Part shown: in pieces, positions 7,748-17,947 of the stretch
How the letters are laid out: each line of letters opens with the position of its first letter
Numbering within the stretch: position 1 is the first letter of the stretch
NCBI GenBank assembly: GCA_963706795.1
Contig: OY970170.1
Location: 150,001 to 182,000, forward strand
DNA length: 32,000 nucleotides
Reading direction: 5' to 3'
DNA from: Candidatus Saccharimonadota bacterium
GTDB taxonomy: Bacteria; Patescibacteriota; Gracilibacteria; BD1-5; UBA2023
Program-made: the position numbers and the translations under genes
Notes under the pieces: model-generated
Told to the model about the DNA's origin: nothing
Databases searched by the model: none
Seen by the model: only the letters and a program-made list of their open reading frames with translations

Positions 7748-9235
7748 ATGCTTTTTAGCGAAATCAAACTTCGTCCGAGTATTCAGGACGCACTTTCAAA
7801 AAGTGGATATTTAGAAGCTACGAAAATCCAAGAAGAAGTAATTACTTTTGCTCTTCAGGGTAAGAATATCGTTGGACAGTCTCAGACCGGAACCGGAAAG
7901 ACTGCCGCTTTTGTAATTCCCCTTCTTGAACTCATCGACTGCCGTCAGCGTAAGCCACAGGCAATCGTTCTTGCACCAACTCGTGAACTCGCGATCCAAA
8001 TCCGAGACGAAGTAGTAAAGCTCTCAGAAGGAATGTATCTCCGATCTACCGTTGTATATGGAGGTTCGAGCATGAAGAAACAGCGCGAAATTCTCGATAA
8101 GGGTCCACAGATCGTTATTGCTACTCCAGGTCGTCTCATTGACCTCGTTGATCGCCGATATATCGACCTCGCAGAAGTAAAATTCTTTGTTCTCGATGAA
8201 GTAGACCGCATGCTCGACATGGGATTCGTTGATGATATCGACTATCTCTGGGGTCACATGCCTGGAATTAAGCAGTCAATGACCTTCTCTGCTACGATCC
8301 CAATGGAGATGAAGAATCTCCTCGTAAAATACGTTGGTGAAGGATATGAGGCAATCAAGTCTACCCAGGAACTCACGGTTGATAAGATCGATCACTCATT
8401 TATCGAAGTAGAAACTTTCGACAAGTTCAATCTCCTTAAGAGCTATATCGAAGAACACGTTGGACAGAAGATCATCGTCTTCTCTCGAACAAAGCACGAA
8501 ACAGAACACCTCTCTCGCATGCTCCAGGAAGGAGGTGTGAAGGCAGGATGTCTCCATGGTGATATGGAACAGCGTCAGCGAACACGCGCACTTCAGGCAT
8601 TTAAGAATGATGAAGTAAATGTATTCGTTACAACGGACGTTGCAGCACGAGGACTCAATATGAACAATATTAATCTCGTACTCAATTACCACGTACCAGA
8701 AGATCCAGAGGCATACATCCATCGTATCGGTCGAACCGGTCGTGCTGGAGCTGAAGGAAAGGCAGTTATGTTCGTATCTGCTGCAGAACGTCTTCTCCTC
8801 AAGAATATTGAAAAGCGCAACAAGATCGTCATCCGACAGATCGACCGCGAAGGAAATACTCTCGAGCGTAAGGTAGAAGCTCCAAGTACTGGATTCGGAG
8901 GCGGAGGTCGCCGACGAGGAGGTGGAGGAGGCGGATACCGAGGAGGTCGTGGACGCGGAGGAAGCGGAAGTGGAGGCGGCTACGGTGGTGGTCGAAGCGG
9001 CGGAGGTGGAGGCTACAACAGTGGCGGAGCAGGAACCGGTGGATACAACCACGGTGGAGGTGACCGACCAGCTTCAACTGGAGGTGGTGGAAATGGTGGA
9101 CGTGGAGGTTACCAGGGTGGTGGACGATCAGATGCTGGCCGAAGTGCTGGAGGTGATCGCAATCCAAACTTTGGAAATGACCGCCCACACCGCGCTCCAC
9201 GCCAAGGAGGTGGAAGCGAGTACAGCGTATTCTAA
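7748..9235 (+). CDS. DEAD-box ATP-dependent RNA helicase with a C-terminal Gly/Arg/Tyr-rich (RGG-like) tail
   Basis: It has the Q motif (TKIQ), Walker A (SQTGTGKTAAF), motif II as DEVD (VLDEVDRMLDMGF), SAT, and HRIGRTGRAG. The last ~115 aa are GGGRRRGGGGGGYRGGRGRGG-type low complexity. No UGA despite the very high Gly content. Confidence 0.92.
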   Translation: MLFSEIKLRPSIQDALSKSGYLEATKIQEEVITFALQGKNIVGQSQTGTGKTAAFVIPLLELIDCRQRKPQAIVLAPTRELAIQIRDEVVKLSEGMYLRSTVVYGGSSMKKQREILDKGPQIVIATPGRLIDLVDRRYIDLAEVKFFVLDEVDRMLDMGFVDDIDYLWGHMPGIKQSMTFSATIPMEMKNLLVKYVGEGYEAIKSTQELTVDKIDHSFIEVETFDKFNLLKSYIEEHVGQKIIVFSRTKHETEHLSRMLQEGGVKAGCLHGDMEQRQRTRALQAFKNDEVNVFVTTDVAARGLNMNNINLVLNYHVPEDPEAYIHRIGRTGRAGAEGKAVMFVSAAERLLLKNIEKRNKIVIRQIDREGNTLERKVEAPSTGFGGGGRRRGGGGGGYRGGRGRGGSGSGGGYGGGRSGGGGGYNSGGAGTGGYNHGGGDRPASTGGGGNGGRGGYQGGGRSDAGRSAGGDRNPNFGNDRPHRAPRQGGGSEYSVF

Positions 9236-9236
9236 A

Positions 9237-9270
9237 AATAATCCCCTGAGCAATCAGGGGATTATTTTAT
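9237..9270 (+). terminator. Rho-independent terminator
   Basis: AATAATCCCCTGA-GCAA-TCAGGGGATTATT is a perfect 13-bp stem followed by TTTAT. Confidence 0.8.
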
Positions 9271-9295
9271 ACAAGAAGTATTAGATAATCAAAAA

Positions 9296-9324
9296 TTGCC
9301 TGAAAATTGCAATTCTGATACGAT
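9296..9324 (+). promoter_or_regulatory. Candidate promoter, TTGCCT-N17-TACGAT, ending 7 nt before the helicase ATG
   Basis: The hexamers sit at 9296-9301 and 9319-9324. No SD precedes the ATG at 9331, so the transcript may be leaderless. Confidence 0.3.
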
Positions 9325-9330
9325 CGAAGC

Positions 9331-11922
9331 ATGAGAAACACTCTCCCCTCTTGATACTCACTCAGGGAATACCAAGTCTCCGCGGTAGATACCCTTATTT
9401 CAACAATCAAAGACCTCATTCGAGAAAGACTCTCAAGGGACGATGATGCGGAATTCTATACATCCCTTCTCGTCGAAATGGCCACCGGAAGTGGTAAGAC
9501 ACTGACCGTCGGTACCGTCATTGATACCTTGATTCTCATGCGAAATAAGAATGCCCGTCTACGGGAACTTTTTTCAGGACTGCGCATAGTCTTACTCTCA
9601 AATCGAATCGGAGGTGTAAACCAGTTTCGCGACGACCTTGTACATGGACGCAAATGAGAGAAAGCTAAACCTCCGATCATTAGCTCTGCTGTTCTCGATA
9701 ATCTTAAGGTATCCACCTATCATTCGCAGGCGGATCGTGAAAACAGGAAAGCCGTAGACGAGAAAACGGACATCGAGACATTCTCCAAGCAGAACGGCCG
9801 AATCAAGGACGAACTGATCTGCAGCACGTGGCAGACAGCACTGATCAAAGATCTCGCTTCCGAGCTTCCCTACATTGACATCGTCCTTGTCGACGAGGCG
9901 CACAATGCCGCTAGCGAGACCGACTTTCATAGTGTAATCAAATCGCTCATACAGAAGGGTCGAAACGGGCACCCAGCCCTCGTGATTCCAGTGACAGCGA
10001 CACCAAGCAATCTCACGAAAGAGCTTTTCGGAGAATCGAAGTTCCAATTCGGCCTTGGGGAATACCTCGCGAGTGGATACGCGCCAAACGTAGAATATCA
10101 TCTCGTCACAAATTCAAGTGCAACTCCTGAACAGATAGCTGAACTTAGCATGCTCGTCGACCAAGCTAAGGCGATGGAGTATTCGCGGGAAAAAAAGAAA
10201 CTAGTTGTGAAGATAGCTGAAAAATTCGAATCCATGATGGCAAGTTTTCCCGATAACCGAACCCTTGTAGACGACTTGTTCCAGCGCGCTGGAGATCCTT
10301 GAAGCAAAAATCCTCTGGAAGAGACGATAATTTTCTGTAACAACATAGCTGAAGCGGACGAACTCGCCAAAATCATCTCAGGCAAGGTAGGAGCTCCAAA
10401 CTACGCCCTCGCCTACCATTCGCGAAACGACCAGAACCAAGCTATAGAGCGCCTCGCCGATCCAAGAGACGCTTGCAAGATCCTACTCGCCATCGGGAAG
10501 CTCAACGAGTCAGTCGATATTCCCACAGTCTCAAATGTCGTTTTCTGGCGGGGAACCGACCAGTCGAAGATCTATCTCCAGCAGTTCTGACGTGGATTAC
10601 GAGGAGATGGAACAGTGAGATATTATGACTATGTTGGAGGGATTCAGAATTTCGCATGGATCGGAGACATCTACGAGCAATACCAAACGCATACGAGCAC
10701 CAAAACATGAGCTAGTAGGAATGGAAATGGACGGTTAGATTCCTTTCTCGTTGCTGGAGGAAATCTCTGAACCAATGGCTACGAGATCGACCTAGCACAA
10801 ATCGGCCTAGAAATTGGACGACTGGAATCGAAATCCAAGTTCGCAAGAGAAATTACCAAGGCCAACGTGGAGGAATTCCTCTTTAATTACGCAGGAGAGG
10901 GTAAGAAAGAGGAATCATACGACATGCTCATGGAGCTTTCAGCAAGACAAGTAGAGGCATTAAAGTTCAAAGGGGGTAGCATCAAGGCGGCAGCGATTGC
11001 ATGCGAATGGAGGAAATCAAGTGGATTGAAAGCCTCGAAACTAAGCGACTTCCGAGAGTTCATAAGCTGGTTGTTTGGAAAAAATTATAGACCATCAGAT
11101 AAGACTCTTGAAAGATCTGAGATTGAAGATTTTTTCTTCAATTATGCTGGGAAAAAAAATAAAAAGGGGGCCTATGATAAATTGACGCAATTAACGTGTA
11201 AAGACATCCGACTGCTTGAGATTAAAGGAAATGGTATTAGGTCAATCATCAAGTTAGTTGGATGGACGAACCCAGAAGGCCTACATGTAAGAGATACTGT
11301 TGGGTTTCGAGCTTTTATTGATTGGTTGTTTGGCGAGGAATACAGAACTGAGATTGTCAGCATAAGCAAGTGAACAATCGAAGATTTTTTCTTTAGCTAT
11401 TGAGGAAAAGAGGGAAGGGAAAAATCATACGCTCAACTCATGATCCTAACTCAAAATGAGATTAGATCACTTGAAATTCAAGGAAAGAAGATCACTCTAA
11501 TTGTAAAGCTAAGTGGATGGGAGAATCCCCATCAGCTAACCTGCCGGTGAGTAGAGGAATTTCGAGCTTTTATTAATTGGTTGTTCGATAAGGAATACGT
11601 AGTCAATAAGAACAAGAAAGAAGAGATAAGCAAATCTGATATCGAGGCTTTCTTCTTTACTTATGCTGGAAATAACAAGAAAAATAGGTCATACGAGATA
11701 TTAAAATCTTTAAAAAGAGAAGATATAGCCTTACTCAAAATTCAAGACAATAGAATTCCGGCAATAGCACGATCAACCTGATGGCAAAATCCAAAAAAAT
11801 TGAATGTAAGAAATCCTATGGGTTTTAGAGCGTTCATCAGTTGGCTCTTCGACAGAGAAACACTGTCGAACGAAAAGAGCAAAGTCAACAAGAAAGTTCC
11901 GAGACTGAAAAAAGAGGCCTAA
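9331..11922 (+). CDS. SF2 (DEAH, ResIII-like) helicase with four C-terminal tandem repeats; 10 in-frame UGA
   Basis: A single frame is open from ATG 9331 to TAA 11920-11922 when TGA is read as sense. The TGAs are at 9352, 9655, 10300, 10588, 10708, 10768, 11371, 11401, 11548 and 11779. Helicase motifs are LREYQ, MATGSGKT, LVDEAHN, VTATP and QQF[UGA]RGLR. It joins track ORFs 9982..10302, 10867..11373 and 11581..11781. Confidence 0.85.
10588..10590 (+). other. Diagnostic UGA=Gly codon in helicase motif VI
   Basis: The sequence reads YLQQF-TGA-RGLRGDG. The codon occupies the conserved Gly of Q-x-x-G-R-x-x-R. Confidence 0.8.
10867..11919 (+). repeat. Four tandem, degenerate ~85-88-aa coding repeats (unit starts 10867, 11122, 11377, 11641)
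   Basis: Every unit carries the motifs [IV]E-x-F-[FL]-F-x-Y-[AG]-G, S/A-Y, GW-x-NP and FR-[AE]-F-I-x-WLF. Unit spacing is 255, 255 and 264 nt. Confidence 0.8.
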
Positions 11923-11936
11923 TGGCCTCTTTTTTG
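11907..11936. terminator. Bidirectional terminator between the helicase (+) and PBP1A (-)
   Basis: The AAAAAAGAGGCC-TAAT-GGCCTCTTTTTT hairpin has A and T runs on either side. Confidence 0.8.
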
Positions 11937-11945
11937 CTCTTTTAC

Positions 11946-14900
11946 TTATTTCGCGAGGACTTCCACGCTGATAGCTCTTGCAGATTTACCGCGGAGTTCG
12001 TTGGTGGTTTGAATTTCGACGCTGTGACTACCAACCTCAAGATCAGCGCCAACTGGCACAGAGAACGAGGTATCATTCGAACCAAGGATCTTGAAGAGCT
12101 GGCCATCGATATAGATATTGACCGCAGTGAGTGCGACAGGATCTATAATATGGAATTTAAAATTGAAGTACTGACCCTGATAGATCGAGATTTTTGGATC
12201 GGAGTCCTTAGGATTATCGATCATGATCGCCGATCCTTGAACTTGACCACCAAAGGTTACATGCGAAGATGACTCTCCTGAGTATCCATATTGGTCAATT
12301 GCGGTCACAGTAATGACATGTTCTCATGCAAATGCTGTATCAAAATTGATATCCGAAATTGTCATTGAACCCGTTCGAAGACTCTCAACAGCAACTTCTT
12401 TAAAGACTTCTCCATCGCGATCGAGGCGGATTTTGACGATTGGATTGAGCGCCTGGAATGAAACTTCTATCGAACCACGACCGAGCGGACGCTTGCTGCC
12501 ATCTGCAAGACTGAGCGAGACTGAGACTGGTGAATCTGCTGCACTTGGACGTACGCAGACCTGATCAGAGTAACTAGTAATGAGTGTTGAGCCCGATGCA
12601 AAGTAGGCGTTGCCTGCTTCACTCGTTGCCCATCTACGGGTAGATTTGAGCCAAGAAGGATCATATGATTCGATGATTGGATCGATATCCATGAGGTATC
12701 CCTTGCGCACTGCAGCAGCTGGAGTTGCATCGGTCACCTTTCCATTACAGAGTGAGTCAACCTCGACCTGTTTAGCGCTATTTTCATATTTAGTGGGCTT
12801 CACGGCAAAGATCGATGTGATCTTGTATTCGTCGGGCGTATTATCAGATGCGAGCTTCCCAGAGATAGAAGAAATCGTCGCTGAATAGACGCTATCAGGC
12901 TTTTTAAATTGCATGACCGGAAGGCCTTTATGGGCATATTCCATAAAATCATGCCAGATAGGAGCGGCACAGTTAAGTCCGTCACATGTTCCCTTTGTTT
13001 CGGTTCCATCTACGTTTCCAGCCCAAACGACCGTTGTGTATTGTGGTGTATATCCTGCAGTCCAGAGATCACGAGGAAGGATTTTTTTCTCCGTTCCAGT
13101 ACTGACGTCTTTATTCGATGTACCTGTTTTGGCAGCGACGGGACGATCTTTGAGGGTAAGTACATTATTCCAGAACGAGCTTGGTCGACTCGATGCATCT
13201 GAGAGGATTGTCGAGAGCAGATATGAGGCAGCATCTGAGAAGATATATTTGCCATTCGAATCTACGTATTCATCAATGACATTGCCTTTTTTGTCGACGA
13301 TTTTGAGGATGGGAGTGGGTTCTTTTTTCCAGCCGCCATTCGCAAATACGCTATAGGCTTCCATGAGTTCGATGGGCTTGAGCTCACCAGTTCCGATGGC
13401 GAGTGGCATACCGTAGGTTCCATCATCTCTGAGCGAGAGTGCTCCGAGGCTTCGTGCATGTTTGACGACTGCAGCTTCACCGCCGGCGACCGTAAACATC
13501 TTGATTGCTGGAATATTACGCGAGTAATCGAGAGCAGTTTTTACCTTCATCTTCCCCATAAACTTTCGGTCGTAGTTGTCAGGATTCCAATTTCCAAAAG
13601 AGGTATCGACGTCAAAGATAGGTGTATCTGGGGAGATTGCTTCCTTGCTCATAGCGAGGGAATAGACGATCGGTTTAAATGATGATCCAGGCTGTCTGAG
13701 GGCTGTAACCATATTGACCTTCCCCTGCTCCGTATCACCGAAAAAATCCGGTCCACCGACCATAGAGATGATTTGTCCCGTTTTGTTATCTACACTGACA
13801 AGTGCGGCACTGGTTGCTCAATATTTGTCCTTGTTGATCTTTACTTGTTTTTGGACGAGCTCTTCGGCTTTGTCTTCGAGCTTTGGATCGATCGTTGTAT
13901 AGATCTGAAGTCCGCCCTGATCAAAAAAATCATCACCATATTTTTTAGTGAGATAGTCCTGCACATACATCACAAAATGTGGATATTTGATGCTCTGGGC
14001 ATTACGAACGAATTGGAACTCGAGTCCATCAATCACCACCGATTTAAATTCCTCGGGAGTAATTTTGCCATCTTCGAGCATACGCGAAGCCACGAAGTCT
14101 TTGCGGCCGGTGTTGTATTCGAGTACGTATCCCGTGAGCTTCTCACCAGGAGAAACTGTAGATGCGGTAGCACCTGTATTTGTTGTCGGTTTTACAGAAG
14201 GCTTTGTTCCTGGCTTGACAGGCGCAACTACAGGAGCTGCAGGAGCCTGAGCATCCTTTGGAGGCGTGAGCTGGATATCATTGAGGAGCTGAAGGATATC
14301 TTTATATGCGAGCCTCGAACATCCACTCGAATCAATCGAATACGAAGCTTTGAGCTTGCCTGCATCGAGCCCGCAGACCTTTGCATCAGATTCGTCGATA
14401 CGATCAATCTTGAGACCGCCTACAAACTTTTTAAAGCTATCAACGAGCGGACGGAAGTCACGCATACGCTCAGGACTGGAGAGGGTGATCTTTTCATCTG
14501 TCTTTCCATCCTTAAATACGTAGAGATATCCCATGAGGCGATCTCGATGTGAATATGGTGAAAAATATGTTGGCCCTTTTGGAAGCGACGCGAGGATGGT
14601 TGCGCCGAGAACTTTTACGTCCTTTGCAGATTTACCAAAATAGGTCTTTGCAGCTTCTTCAATACCGGAGGCGTTATTACCATATGAAATCTTGTTGAGA
14701 TAGAGCTCGAGGATCTTCTCTTTAGAATATTTGGTATTGAGTCGATACGAGAGATAGATTTCTTTGGCTTTACGATCAAACGAGCGCTCATTACTAAGAA
14801 AGGTATTCTTAATGAGCTGCTGCGAGATGGTAGAAGTTCCTTGGATTTTGTCAGTTTTACCAGTGATATAATTCCATCCTGAACGCACGAGACCCTTAAA

Positions 14901-15278
14901 GTCGACACCACCATTCTCAAAGAAGGTCTTATCCTCGGTCGACACGATAGCATCGAGAATGGTTTGAGACATATCTTTGATCTCGACGTAAGTACGCTTC
15001 CCTTCTTGTCCAGAAAAAAGTGAATAGAGCTCGTTCCCATTGCGGTCGCGGATCACCGAACTCTCAGGCAAAGTGATATCCTCAATAGATGTAATTGATG
15101 GAAGCGTGCGAAGATAGACGAGATAGAGCACTCCAATACTCGCAATTCCCAAGAGGAAGAGCGATACACCGATATAGAGTGTGAGAATTCCCCACGAAAC
15201 TTTACGTTTGCGGAGGCGGTCGAAAAATTCCTTGGGATTGACCAAGATATTTTTTGGTTGGGATTTTTTGAATGTCAT
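11946..15278 (-). CDS. Class A penicillin-binding protein (GT51 glycosyltransferase plus transpeptidase) with C-terminal Ig-like extension; 2 in-frame UGA
   Basis: Track ORFs 13818..15278, 12324..13763 and 11946..12308 share one frame and are joined by TGA at 13818-13820 and 12324-12326. It has an N-terminal TM, GT51 motifs (EDKTFFENGGVD, GTSTISQQ), and transpeptidase SSFK, SRN and KTGT motifs. A Pro/Ala/Lys-rich insert separates the two domains, and a beta-rich tail of ~250 aa follows. TAA stop. Confidence 0.9.
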
Positions 15279-15280
15279 AG

Positions 15281-16738
15281 TTATTTGAGAAGTGTTGTCG
15301 AATCTTGACCGAGTATAATCTCGATCCCAGGTCCAGCAAGTTTGCTATAGGTGAGCGTCGCCTCTTCTTCGGCTGGCGCATAGATAAACATCGAGAGTGC
15401 AGTAAGCGTCGACGAATCCGGACTTACACCCATCTTGCCAATCGGGTCCCAAACATGGAGGATCTTACTTTTTGGATATGGATCCTTGGTCGTTGCGATG
15501 GAATTTTTTTCGGGAATATTGAAACCGAATCGTTTGAGCCTGAGCGCAACGCGAGTCGCATTCCCTGAGAATTTTGTTGCGTTTACCACGGTGATTTCGT
15601 CCTTATCTATATACATCTGTGGCAGATCAAAGATCATATGTGCAAATCGCGAAATATCCGTATATGTCGAGATATTCGCTGGAGTTGCACCATCTGGTAA
15701 GAGCACCGAAGATCCTCCAAAAAGCTCTCTATTTGGCGTATAGAGGAAACTTCCGGCGTTACAGAGTGAAGCCGACTGAAAACACATGTCATTGAGATTG
15801 AATGACAAAATGTGGTCCGATGGCAGATCCTTTGCAAAAAGCGCAAGTGAGACAAGATCATTAAATGCGAGATCGGTCTTGATATGCCCAGTAATTGCGT
15901 AATAGAGAGACTGGAGCTTAGATGGACTGGTAAGTGCGTTAAAGCTGAGGAGTTTTTCTTTGATAGCCTTAAGTACAAGTTGCTGACGATGAGATCGATC
16001 AAAGTCGCTGGTCGAATGACGTGAGCGAACATATTTGAGCGCCGTCCCCCCATCAAAGGTCTGAAGCCCCTTGCTGACTCTGAGAGTTGTATATCCCCAA
16101 TTATCATCTGGATATTCACGATCGAGGAGATCTTCAGGTACATTGACCTCTATGCCACCCAGGATATCGACAAATTTTACGAACCCATCAAAGTCGATAT
16201 TAAAATAGGCGTCAACACGTTCGCCGGTGATTTCGGTCACTTTAGAAGCGAGTTTTTTCATCGCCTCATCAGTCGTACTATTACGAAGTCCGCGCTGATA
16301 GGTCTCATTGATCTTGCCGCGTCACTTAGTTGGGAACTCCACATAGAGGTCACGTGGGATTGAGAGCATACTGATACTATTGGTCTTGCGGTTAACAGAT
16401 GCAAGAATAATGGTATCAGTGAGATCACTACCATCATGACCTGCGCCACCCACACCCGTAAGGAGAATATTGAGTTTTTGAGGTTCATTACTACTGTGCG
16501 CCAAAAATGGGACGTTATTGGTAATGAAGCTTGGAATCTCAAATCCGATATGAAATCCCGAAAATCGTGACAGAATCCCAATTCATACGAGCCCTATAAA
16601 AATAGTGGCGAGTATTCCAAAGAACACAGAAACGAAGAAATTCTTCCTTTTGGAAGCGAAATAAGATTCACGAATATTCGTGAATCCCTGAGTAGCCTTG
16701 ATAGGCTCCGTCTTGAGACGTTTTTTTGTAAAAGTCAT
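15281..16738 (-). CDS. LytR-CpsA-Psr (LCP) family cell-wall polymer ligase with a LytR_C-like C-terminus; 2 in-frame UGA
   Basis: Track ORFs 16583..16783, 16322..16504 and 15281..16261 share one frame, joined by TGA at 16583-16585 and 16322-16324. An N-terminal TM is followed by NILLTGVGGAGHDGSDLTDTIILASV ... SIPRDLYV ... [UGA]RGKINETY ... FDGFVKFVDILGGIEV. The start is taken as ATG 16738. Its TAA stop lies 2 nt before the PBP1A ATG. Confidence 0.85.
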
Positions 16739-16815
16739 AATGAAAAACGTTCGTGAGTATAGAAAAAAAACACAAAAACGCAACCTTCGGATCGAGAAAC
16801 TTTCTACAGGTTTTT

Positions 16816-16861
16816 AAAAAGTTTTTAACAATTTTTTGCAAAGAATGTTAAAAACTTTTTT
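16816..16861. promoter_or_regulatory. Perfect 15-bp inverted repeat (AAAAAGTTTTTAACA ... TGTTAAAAACTTTTT) in a divergent intergenic region
   Basis: The arms are at 16816-16830 and 16847-16861. The core GTTTTTAACA recurs at 16810-16819 (one mismatch) and 16984-16993. Confidence 0.45.
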
Positions 16862-16921
16862 GGTATTGAATACAGTCACATAATTGTCAATTACAACACG
16901 AGTAATGACTTTCTCTTTTAG

Positions 16922-16949
16922 TTGACAGACGCACAAAAAGGGATAGTTT
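16922..16949 (+). promoter_or_regulatory. Candidate rsmH promoter, TTGACA-N16-TAGTTT
   Basis: A consensus -35 sits at 16922-16927. The -10 is weak. Confidence 0.3.
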
Positions 16950-17005
16950 CTTGCGTGAAGATTTTGTGAATTCTTCGATCCAGGTTTTTAACAAAAACAG
17001 ACCGC

Positions 17006-17941
17006 GTGAACAGCATCCCGCATACATCTGTCCTCCGAGACGAATCCATTGATAACCTCATAACAGAGGCAACGAAGCGAGGAAAGATCTACGTAGATGC
17101 CACCCTCTGAATCGGAGGTCACAGCGAAGCCATTCTCGAGCGTCTGTCCAGCGGCGATATCCTCATAGGTATTGATCGTGACAGCGAAAACCTCGAAAAG
17201 GCAAAATCCCGACTCGCCCCATCCATCCAAAACACGAAGGGTACCATGCTCTTCGTACATGACTCATTTGCTCATTTACATTCTATTCTTCGGGAAAGGG
17301 ACATCGATCATATCGATGGCATCCTCTACGATCTTGGTGTATCCAGTGTCCATTATGACGAAGCCGAACGTGGCTTCTCAACACGTTTTGATGGGCCACT
17401 CGATATGCGGTTTGATCGGACAGATGATACGATGACTGCTGGCGCTATTGTCCAGAGTTATGAAGAACGTGAACTCTTTAGGATATTTCGCGATTACGCG
17501 GATGAACCCAAGGCATTCTTTATTGCGAAAGCAATTGTAGAGCAGCGAAAGATTCGCCCATTCACAACAACCAATGAGCTTCGTGAACTTATCGAAAAGG
17601 CAAGCTTTGATCCAAAGTCGCCCATACGAGTTTTCCAAGCGCTTCGCATTGAAGCAAACAGAGAGTTAGAAGCTGTGGAAGCCTCACTCCATGCAGCAGT
17701 CAAAGAACTCGCTCCAAAGGGTCGAATTTGTGTGATTACTTTTCATTCGATCGAAGACCGGCTCGTAAAGAACCTCTTCAAATCCTATGAAACCCCAGAG
17801 ACTCACGAAATCACCGGTGCTATCGTTGTGCCTGCCAGTCTCAAAAAGGTTCACAAAAAACCCATCGAACCTTCCCCCGAAGAACAGAAAAGCAATCCAA
17901 GATCCAGAAGCGCCAAGCTTCGAGTGCTAGAAAAAATATAA
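17006..17941 (+). CDS. rsmH: 16S rRNA (cytosine1402-N4)-methyltransferase RsmH; 1 in-frame UGA
   Basis: The frame of track ORF 17246..17941 extends upstream through TGA 17108-17110. The N-terminus reads (V)NSIPHTSVLRDESIDNL ... VDATL[UGA]IGGHSEAIL, then DGILYDLGVSS, FHSIEDR and RSRSAKLRV. The restored length of 311 aa is typical of the family. GTG 17006 is the likeliest start; GTG 16955 is possible. Confidence 0.9.
17108..17110 (+). other. Diagnostic UGA=Gly codon in the RsmH SAM-binding motif
   Basis: D-A-T-L-TGA-I-G-G-H-S corresponds to the conserved D-x-T-x-G-x-G-G-H-S motif. Confidence 0.9.
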
Positions 17942-17947
17942 TTATTC

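Noticed and set aside
8396-9284. Long ORFs (218, 123 and 120 aa) overlapping the 3' end of the DEAD-box gene in other frames or on the other strand.
   Set aside because: They are low-complexity artefacts of the GGN/CGN-rich RGG tract (Ser/Thr/Ala-rich or His/Leu-rich translations). They have no motifs or start signals.
13773-14552. A 259-aa plus-strand ORF antisense to PBP1A. Similar antisense ORFs occur at 31134..31631 (165 aa, opposite the Nudix gene), 9598..10101 (opposite the SF2 helicase), 15634..16143 (an alternative frame within the LCP gene), and 29218..29700 and 29893..30417 (opposite pheS and dnaN).
   Set aside because: Each lies opposite to or out of frame with a CDS that has strong family motifs. 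Their translations are Cys/Arg/Ile-rich and motif-free, as is typical of shadow ORFs.
17108-17110. UGA = Trp (code 4, Mycoplasma/Spiroplasma-like) as the alternative reassignment.
   Set aside because: Trp would destroy invariant Gly positions: RsmH G-x-GGH, RecR EGEAT, helicase motif VI, and the Nudix EExG. It would also put two Trp residues at the ends of a poly-Gly run. Gly fits every informative site.
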